Source: a virus
Taxonomy: Duplodnaviria; Caudoviricetes
Direction: 5' to 3' (one strand)
IMG/VR virus record: IMGVR_UViG_3300017788_001950
Span: 1,738 to 65,737 of that record
DNA: 64,000 nucleotides
The notes under the pieces were generated by a model. That model made no database searches, was not told the DNA's origin, and worked only from the letters and a program-made list of their open reading frames with translations. Shown piece by piece: positions 57,782 through 64,000 of the stretch. The position numbers were made by a program, and so were the translations under genes. The stretch's first letter is position 1; every line of letters begins with the position of its first letter.

Positions 57782-58441
57782 TCAACCACCGCAAACAAAC
57801 ATTGAGGAGCCGTGGATAACAGAGGCACTTCCAGTGGCGATATAGGCCCTGACCTCATAGATGGCTCCGGTGAGTGTATAGTTGGTTGCAGTGGTTAGCT
57901 CCACTGATGTAAGAACAACTGGAGTTTGACTGGTCGTGGTTAGTTCAGTTACGCCCGCTCCACCAATATTGACAAAAGAGCCGCTCGAAACGTTCCAGAG
58001 TTGCACCGAGGCTGTGACACCAGTGCCGGTGGAGCTAAGAATTGTTCGCAATTTAACGGTTCGGTGAGGCACCTCAGACCTCTCAAGCCAAGCCTGTCCA
58101 GTTACCTGAGGGTTGGAGGCAGTGGCAGCAGAGGAAATGTAGGAGCCAATGGGAACGAAAGTCTTGGTAAGCCTGCTCATCAGGCTTCCCGACACCAGAA
58201 GGTCTCCGCCTGTGGCGGTAATGGTTCCGCCGTTTGAGGCAGTTACGCTGCCAGAGATGAAAACAAGGATATCGGTTCCGATGTTGGAAGTATCCCAATC
58301 CTGATTCAATTGCCCTTCATTGGGAATGTTGGTATCCTGTGACTCAATTCCGTAAATCAAAAGCCTCGCACCGGTTCCTGTGGACCCGGAGGCAATGATC
58401 TGTTTGGTTTGGATCTGTGAGGCTCGGAAGTCTATTGTCAC
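57782..58441 (-). CDS. Putative tail fibre/virion protein
   Basis: 219 aa; DFRASQIQT, FISGS, GGDLLVSGSL repeats typical of fibre-like proteins; late motif ATACTTAG at 58459. Confidence 0.55.
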   Translation of the reverse strand: MTIDFRASQIQTKQIIASGSTGTGARLLIYGIESQDTNIPNEGQLNQDWDTSNIGTDILVFISGSVTASNGGTITATGGDLLVSGSLMSRLTKTFVPIGSYISSAATASNPQVTGQAWLERSEVPHRTVKLRTILSSTGTGVTASVQLWNVSSGSFVNIGGAGVTELTTTSQTPVVLTSVELTTATNYTLTGAIYEVRAYIATGSASVIHGSSMFVCGG

Positions 58442-58472
58442 GGTTTCTTATCCTGTTTCTAAGTATGGCAGC

Positions 58473-59231
58473 TCACGGAACGATCGAGGAGTAGGCAATG
58501 TAGTCCAAGACGCCAGAGTATGGAGCTGATATATCACCGGCAACCTCGGTCGTCGTGAGGCTGCCGTGGTCTACCTTAAGAGCAACGTTGTTAAAGTAAT
58601 ACTGACCAATTTGTTCGTATGGGGAGATTCTGAATTCGCTTGGCGTTACTCCCATTGAGGCAAAAGAGGCAGTGAAAACGGTGCTATCCGGTGCAAGCTC
58701 TACCTGTCCTGCCGAGGCCACAAAAGAGGAGGTGTAGGGAGAAGTGCAGGTTGCCGGATACGAGGTGGCGTTAATGGCACGGTAGCGAATGTTGCCGCTG
58801 AAGGGAGCCGAGATAGCAACATTGCAAACGTATGGTGTCTTGAACTGAATACCAAAGACGTTGATGTTGTGCGAGCTGTCCACTGCGGGTTCCACCGTAA
58901 AGGTGATGATAGGAAGACTGGTGAAGAGAACGTTGAAGCCGAAACCAGCTTCTGTGTAACCAGGATCGAATGGAATCAAGCCCTCATCGTATTCGCCTAG
59001 GTTAACTGGTGGCGCAGAACTTGTCGTAACAAGAGAGCTGGTGGCAAACTGGATGATCTTGAAGTAGTCGCGATGGCGAATGGCATTCTGAAGATCCAGG
59101 GAGTAACTGAGACCAGTGTTTGTGTCAACCAATTCCACATTGCGTGGCTGTCTCCTAGGAGACCCAATGGGATAATACTTTCGCCAAAGGTTTCTGTTGG
59201 CTCCGTATTTGCTTTGGTTGTCTGAACTCAC
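58473..59231 (-). CDS. Putative virion protein (beta-rich)
   Basis: 252 aa; late motif ATACTTAC at 59236-59243. Confidence 0.5.
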   Translation of the reverse strand: MSSDNQSKYGANRNLWRKYYPIGSPRRQPRNVELVDTNTGLSYSLDLQNAIRHRDYFKIIQFATSSLVTTSSAPPVNLGEYDEGLIPFDPGYTEAGFGFNVLFTSLPIITFTVEPAVDSSHNINVFGIQFKTPYVCNVAISAPFSGNIRYRAINATSYPATCTSPYTSSFVASAGQVELAPDSTVFTASFASMGVTPSEFRISPYEQIGQYYFNNVALKVDHGSLTTTEVAGDISAPYSGVLDYIAYSSIVP

Positions 59232-59258
59232 GAGGGTAAGTATCCAAATTGCGTCAAA

Positions 59259-60509
59259 TCAAACGATACCCATGACTACGATATCAGTGGCCCCTGCGGG
59301 TGGCGAGCCAACTTGAAAGACATAGTTAGCCCCAATTCTCCCACGATACAAAAAATTGCTTGTGACAATTGTCTGAGATACTACTGTCACAATAGGATCG
59401 GTGGTTCCAAGGCGATCAATGTAAACGCCAGCACCACCACTTCTTCCAAGCACATCAGAGCCGGTAAGGAAAATGGAGGAAGAATAATGGGAACCGCTTG
59501 GTGCCGTCCCGGACCAATGCATAGTGATTGTTGGAGTGGTCTGGTTGGTTGAAGAGAGCACCAGTCGTGACTCGCCTGGTCCTAGCCTCGAATAACTTCT
59601 CAGATCCTTGTAGGTAACACGCAGAGCATTCAGGATTCCCACATAAGCACCACCGGTTTCCTGAGAAACCAGAAGGATGGGATACTCCAAGACACTCGGA
59701 ACGAAAGAAGTGCTTAGAGGAATTGGTGAACTATAGTTGACATAGTAGTCAACCCGAACACTTTCTGGCAGGGGGATACTAGCCGTAACAGACCCCTGAG
59801 AATTGGAAATGTACAACAGTGCTGCATCTTGGTTTGAGGTATTGGAAGTATTTCCATAGGTTATCGTTCTTTCAAGCCATGTATTGGCTGTGCCATTTGA
59901 GGTCCACAAAAAGAATGGCAGCGTGTATTTGTTGTTGACAGGAATAAATCGTTCAAAGTGAAAAATGAAGTTGACGGCCCCGTTGTTTCCTTCATCCAGA
60001 GCAAACGTGAATGAGTCATTGTCACCAGAGGCCTGCATCAATTGATAGTCGGCCGTAGTCGAGCCTGCAATGGTTGAGAAATAATCCTTGCTTCCAGATA
60101 TGTCACCACCGGCCGATACCTGACGAGCCATGACTGCGGAGCCAGCCTTAAAAGGCGGATTTGGATGTAGGTCCTCAGGATTGTTTGTGGTACCATTCCA
60201 GGCCTCACCACTAGAATGTGCTCCCACAGCCAAGCCCACACCAAAGTCAGCATTAATGGTCCAGTCTGTCCAAAACTGGTTCCAGGACCATTTGCAAATT
60301 ACGTCAAATTTGTTTGTGCCAGATACGGCTCTCCAGACCCTGAAGGCATTGTTTCCGTCAGGCGGTGAACCTGTATTGGAGGCAATTCTTTGAAAGCCGG
60401 GATGCGTGTCAAAGAATTGCGAAACACCGTTGAAAAGGTTAAGATTTCGATCGTTGGCGCTTGAACCAGTTACGAGATAGTTTTTCAGTGTGTGAATGGG
60501 GCCGCTCAT
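59259..60509 (-). CDS. Putative virion/fibre protein (paralog of 60506..61606)
   Basis: 416 aa; MSGPIHT...FDTHPGFQRIASN...KWS...HSS..AW.G. Confidence 0.55.
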   Translation of the reverse strand: MSGPIHTLKNYLVTGSSANDRNLNLFNGVSQFFDTHPGFQRIASNTGSPPDGNNAFRVWRAVSGTNKFDVICKWSWNQFWTDWTINADFGVGLAVGAHSSGEAWNGTTNNPEDLHPNPPFKAGSAVMARQVSAGGDISGSKDYFSTIAGSTTADYQLMQASGDNDSFTFALDEGNNGAVNFIFHFERFIPVNNKYTLPFFLWTSNGTANTWLERTITYGNTSNTSNQDAALLYISNSQGSVTASIPLPESVRVDYYVNYSSPIPLSTSFVPSVLEYPILLVSQETGGAYVGILNALRVTYKDLRSYSRLGPGESRLVLSSTNQTTPTITMHWSGTAPSGSHYSSSIFLTGSDVLGRSGGAGVYIDRLGTTDPIVTVVSQTIVTSNFLYRGRIGANYVFQVGSPPAGATDIVVMGIV

Positions 60510-61606
60510 TCAAAGGTTCCTCTCAGGAAGTAATCAATAGAGCCAGAGTATGGCAAGGCGAAAGAGAAATTTCGGCTGTTGGTTGTATTTTCTATCTTGA
60601 AAGTCACATAACTTCTGGAAACATCCTGTAGGTTTCCGAACGCAGAGGCACCAATAGCCAAAACTCCAGACAGAACGCCCAATTGATGATAGTGACCAGA
60701 CTCATAGGAAGAGAGTAGGATAGGAAATCCGTAGCTCCTGTCGTTTACGCCATCCATTAAAATGCTAGCCGGACGAGGAGCTCTTCTAGGAGCATTCAAA
60801 AGTGAGGATAGTCTGCCAGTCCTACTTCCAACATCAGAGCCAGATATGTAAGCCACCCCGCCGTTAAACGGGGGTGAGTTAATGCGTTCGTCGTTAATTT
60901 CACCAAAATTTACTTCTGGCCTTACTGAAGAACCACAGTACATGAAGAGTGGAAGATTATATGCCGAGGTCAGTGGTGTGTAGGTACCCCAGGCCCAGAA
61001 GTAACGCGAATCTCCAATAATGCTAGCATCTGCGCTCTGTGCAAATGCATATGTTGTCTCATCGTCACCAATCACCGTAACTTGCCAAAGATCATTTAGC
61101 GACAAAACAGTAGATACAAGCTTTAGTGGTGCATTTTGGTTAGTCGCCCAAGTACCACCTACAGAATTGGCTCGTGGAAAGACCACAGAGCCAGTTTTCC
61201 ACGGTCTGCTACTTGTCAAAAAGGCGTCAGTTCCGTTGTTGTTAACCGAACCACTCCAGGCTGCACTGGAGGAATGCCAGGCCATCATGATGCCAGCTCC
61301 AAATGTCTGATTCCCGGTCCAGGTGCCAGCAGTATAGTTGCTGTTGTAGGACCACATTAGGGCAATGTCGTAGTTTTTTGAACTTGACACTGATCTAAAA
61401 ATAACAAAGGCTTGCTCGCCAGAGGAACCGGAAAAGAAGTAGGAGTTTTCTAGGCCCGTGCCGTTCGTTCCATAATTTGAGGCAATGCGTGTGAAATTGG
61501 GATGCCTATCATAATATTGAACAAAGGTTGTGAACAGTTCCCTTTCGGAAATAACAGCATCCGTTGGCTCAAAAAGTCTAGTGAATGTTCTGATGGGTCC
61601 AGGCAT
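60506..61606 (-). CDS. Putative virion/fibre protein (paralog of 59259..60509)
   Basis: 366 aa; MPGPIRT...YDRHPNFTRIASN...MWS...HSS..AW.G; late motif ATACTTAC at 61623. Confidence 0.55.
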   Translation of the reverse strand: MPGPIRTFTRLFEPTDAVISERELFTTFVQYYDRHPNFTRIASNYGTNGTGLENSYFFSGSSGEQAFVIFRSVSSSKNYDIALMWSYNSNYTAGTWTGNQTFGAGIMMAWHSSSAAWSGSVNNNGTDAFLTSSRPWKTGSVVFPRANSVGGTWATNQNAPLKLVSTVLSLNDLWQVTVIGDDETTYAFAQSADASIIGDSRYFWAWGTYTPLTSAYNLPLFMYCGSSVRPEVNFGEINDERINSPPFNGGVAYISGSDVGSRTGRLSSLLNAPRRAPRPASILMDGVNDRSYGFPILLSSYESGHYHQLGVLSGVLAIGASAFGNLQDVSRSYVTFKIENTTNSRNFSFALPYSGSIDYFLRGTFE

Positions 61607-61640
61607 TTGTGCTTCTCATGGTGTAAGTATCCACCAAGGC

Positions 61641-61683
61641 AAAAGAAAGAGGCCACAAGGTTAAGTCCCCCTGCGGCCCCTCT
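61641..61683 (-). terminator. Rho-independent terminator after phoH
   Basis: Minus strand GGGCCGCAGG...CCTTGTGGCCT followed by CTTTCTTTT. Confidence 0.7.
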
Positions 61684-61704
61684 GAGTGGGTCAGCTAGCT
61701 GTTC

Positions 61705-63087
61705 TCACAGAATGCGAGCCGCAAGGCTCGCCAGGGCGCTTCTCTCGCCCTTAAGGAGCGTAACGTGTCCTGCAATGGAGTGTTCACGGAACTTCTCCAC
61801 GGCAATGGTTAGACCATTGCTCAGGGAGTCGATGTAAATGTTGTCGATCTGCTCAATGTCACCAGTGAGGACGATCTTGGTGTTCTCGCCAACTCTGGTG
61901 ATGATGGTCTTAAGCTCGTGTGCCGTAAGATTCTGGGCCTCATCGATGATGATGAAGGCATCGGCAATGCTTCTACCTCTGAGGTAGGTGATGGCCTCAA
62001 CCTCAATTACACCCTCATCGAAGTAGCTCTGGAGAGTTACCTCGGCGTTCTTGTTCTTCCTGCCGGAAAACAGCAGGTACCGAAGATTGTCCTTGATGGG
62101 AGCAATCCAGGGCTCAAGCTTTTCCATCTTGTCGCCAGGAAGGAAACCAATGTCATTGCCCACCGGAACAACCGGACGGCATACCACCAGGCTCTTGTAC
62201 TTCTTCTTTTCCAAAACCTGGTTAAGGCCTGCGGCGATGGAACAAATGGTCTTACCGCTACCTGCTCGACCAATGAGGGTAACCATCTTGATCTCTGGAT
62301 CCAGTAGAAGATCCATTGCAAGGTTCTGTTCCTTGTTTCGAGGAATTACGTTGAAGATTGGCTTCTTGAACTCTCTCACGACCCTAAGGGGCTGGCTCTC
62401 GCCACGATAGCGCACAGGCTGACCTTCCTCAACCGAAGTCTGGCGAAGGTAGACGAACTCATTGGGACTCAGAGTGTGGTCCACATAACTGTTCACAATG
62501 CAGTTGAAGTCGTTGCTTGGGACCTCAGCAGCCTGTTCCTCATAGAAGGCATCCATGACCTCCGCAGGAACCTCAGCCGTGCAGACGCCTGCAAAGAGAC
62601 GGTCTGGATTGTCGGCCACAGACTCCTTCTTATAGTCCTGGCAAGGGAATCCTAGGAAGTCACACTTCACACGAAGAACAATGTCACGGGTGATGAGGAT
62701 AGGAAGCTCGGTCTTGCCCTGTTCCTTTGCCTGTGCTGTAAGTCCCTTGCAAACCTGGAGGATATGGTTGTCCTTGTTTGTGGTATCCCAGTCTCCATCC
62801 AGGGTGTGCTTCTTGTCAATGTCGTCCATGGACACAACCCTGAGGGTAGATCCATTTCTAAGCTTAAGCCCACGCTGAAGGGCTCCTGGAGGATTACCGG
62901 CAATTAGATCAGAGAGGCGTCGAGCCATCTCTCTGGCATTGGCTCCAACCTCATTTGGTCGCTTCTTGATCTTGTCGATCTCCTCGATGACCGTAAAGGG
63001 GAGGATGACTTCGTTGTCCTCAAAGGCAAACAGCGAATCGGGATCCGAAAGCAGAACGTTCGTGTCGAGTATGTAGGTCTTTGACAT
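61705..63087 (-). CDS. phoH: PIN-PhoH (PhoH2-type) protein
   Basis: YILDTNVLL (PIN), PRNKEQ, GRAGSGKT, GFLPG, RGRS, IIDEAQN, GDIEQID. Confidence 0.95.
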   Translation of the reverse strand: MSKTYILDTNVLLSDPDSLFAFEDNEVILPFTVIEEIDKIKKRPNEVGANAREMARRLSDLIAGNPPGALQRGLKLRNGSTLRVVSMDDIDKKHTLDGDWDTTNKDNHILQVCKGLTAQAKEQGKTELPILITRDIVLRVKCDFLGFPCQDYKKESVADNPDRLFAGVCTAEVPAEVMDAFYEEQAAEVPSNDFNCIVNSYVDHTLSPNEFVYLRQTSVEEGQPVRYRGESQPLRVVREFKKPIFNVIPRNKEQNLAMDLLLDPEIKMVTLIGRAGSGKTICSIAAGLNQVLEKKKYKSLVVCRPVVPVGNDIGFLPGDKMEKLEPWIAPIKDNLRYLLFSGRKNKNAEVTLQSYFDEGVIEVEAITYLRGRSIADAFIIIDEAQNLTAHELKTIITRVGENTKIVLTGDIEQIDNIYIDSLSNGLTIAVEKFREHSIAGHVTLLKGERSALASLAARIL

Positions 63088-63106
63088 TCTTGGTGCTCTA
63101 TATTTG

Positions 63107-63484
63107 TTACTTGGTCTTACCAGCCTTGTTGGCTGTATCGCTTTTCTTTGTGTTTGGGGTCTTTTTCTTTACTGTGGGAGCAACCTCTTCCTTGCTGTCG
63201 CTGGGCTCCACTAGGGAGACCAGAGCATTCTTGGGTTTCTTATCCGAGACAGGAGCAATCCTTACCACTTCCTGGGCAGCTTCTGCGTTGTCCAGGTCCA
63301 CCACAGATTCCTGTGCCTCAAGCTTAAGTTCATCCATGTGAGCCACTGCCTCAGAGACAAGGGAGCTCTCCCTGGCAGCTTCCTGTGCTGCCGGACTAGG
63401 TGGCACAGGAGCATAGGGACTTGTTCGAAGTAGGTGAGCAGGAATCTCGCTGGTGGCCTCTTCTCGGTTTTTTCGGAACCCCAT
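63107..63484 (-). CDS. Hypothetical, probably disordered protein
   Basis: 125 aa, Lys-rich C-terminus. Confidence 0.5.
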   Translation of the reverse strand: MGFRKNREEATSEIPAHLLRTSPYAPVPPSPAAQEAARESSLVSEAVAHMDELKLEAQESVVDLDNAEAAQEVVRIAPVSDKKPKNALVSLVEPSDSKEEVAPTVKKKTPNTKKSDTANKAGKTK

Positions 63485-63733
63485 TTAGTGTCCTTTGTTT
63501 TTCTCTTTTTGAGAACGTCTCGAAGCCACTTGTGACTTCGACATGGCAATCAATTTCTTGCTGAGAGCCTGGAGCATCTTTCGCAATTCTCTAATGGTTT
63601 TTCGAACACGACGGCTAGGGGCTAACTTACCCTTCTGCACGGCGGCCCGAAGGTCCTTGTCTGCCATGGCAATATTCTGTTGAATTTCAAGCCACTCGCT
63701 TAGGACGCTATCAGCCTTTTCGTCTTTTTCCAC
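63485..63733 (-). CDS. Small basic protein, histone H1-like Hc1 family-like
   Basis: 82 aa; D..AAVQKGKLAPSRRVRK..REL resembles the Hc1-like D.K...GNKAAG.R.RK pattern. Confidence 0.45.
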   Translation of the reverse strand: MEKDEKADSVLSEWLEIQQNIAMADKDLRAAVQKGKLAPSRRVRKTIRELRKMLQALSKKLIAMSKSQVASRRSQKEKNKGH

Positions 63734-63828
63734 TTGCTATACCTCGTGAGATGTGAGACACGCTAAAACTATAATGAAACCGCTGACTTTGTATCGTTTT
63801 TCGCTAAAAATGAGGTAGTATCCTTCAG

Positions 63829-64000
63829 CTAGTTGTTCAAAGCAACTATCAAATCCCAAAGGATTTTGGCTCCTGCACCCACCAGAGCCGTGGCCATGAT
63901 CCAGAACATGCGGTCAATCACCTGTCTGGTTCGCACAATAGACTGAAGCTCCTTGAGGTCGTCTCCCGCTATCTTTCTCAGGTCTTCCTCGGTTTTCTCA
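63829..64000 (-). CDS. Partial membrane protein (coiled coil + C-terminal TM helix)
   Basis: ...DLKELQSIVRTRQVIDRMFWIMATALVGAGAKILWDLIVALNN-stop. Confidence 0.55.
   Translation of the reverse strand, partial: EKTEEDLRKIAGDDLKELQSIVRTRQVIDRMFWIMATALVGAGAKILWDLIVALNN

Noticed and set aside
1-64000. Stop-codon reassignment
   Set aside because: Genes are full length in the standard code; TAA, TAG and TGA all end genes at tight junctions.

Overview
This window looks like part of a large contractile-tailed (myovirus/jumbo-type) phage genome in the standard genetic code, with all credible genes on the minus strand except one. It contains: (1) a tail/baseplate module (1-25 kb: gp25-like, gp6-like, spike/hub-like, LamG protein, several large unknown virion proteins); (2) two putative virion-packaged multi-enzyme proteins (kinase + ligase-like nucleotidyltransferase; ART-like + GNAT-like) near a phage sigma factor; (3) a ~19 kb glycosylation island (about 8 glycosyltransferases, Gmd, Fcl, GME-like and other epimerases, GmhA/HddA heptose enzymes, 3 methyltransferases); (4) a nuclease, IMPDH/GMPR, Prim-Pol, tail-fibre-like genes and PIN-PhoH. 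The most striking unexplained element is at 49.9-51.2 kb. There a promoter drives a conserved uncharacterised protein, followed by a ~380-nt structured non-coding RNA with two tandem circularly permuted tRNA-like domains (T arm - closed acceptor stem - D arm, no anticodon loop; YrlA/Y-RNA-like topology). One domain displays an anti-Shine-Dalgarno sequence in its loop, and there is no Ro60 gene in the window. All assignments come from reading motifs by eye; no searches were run.
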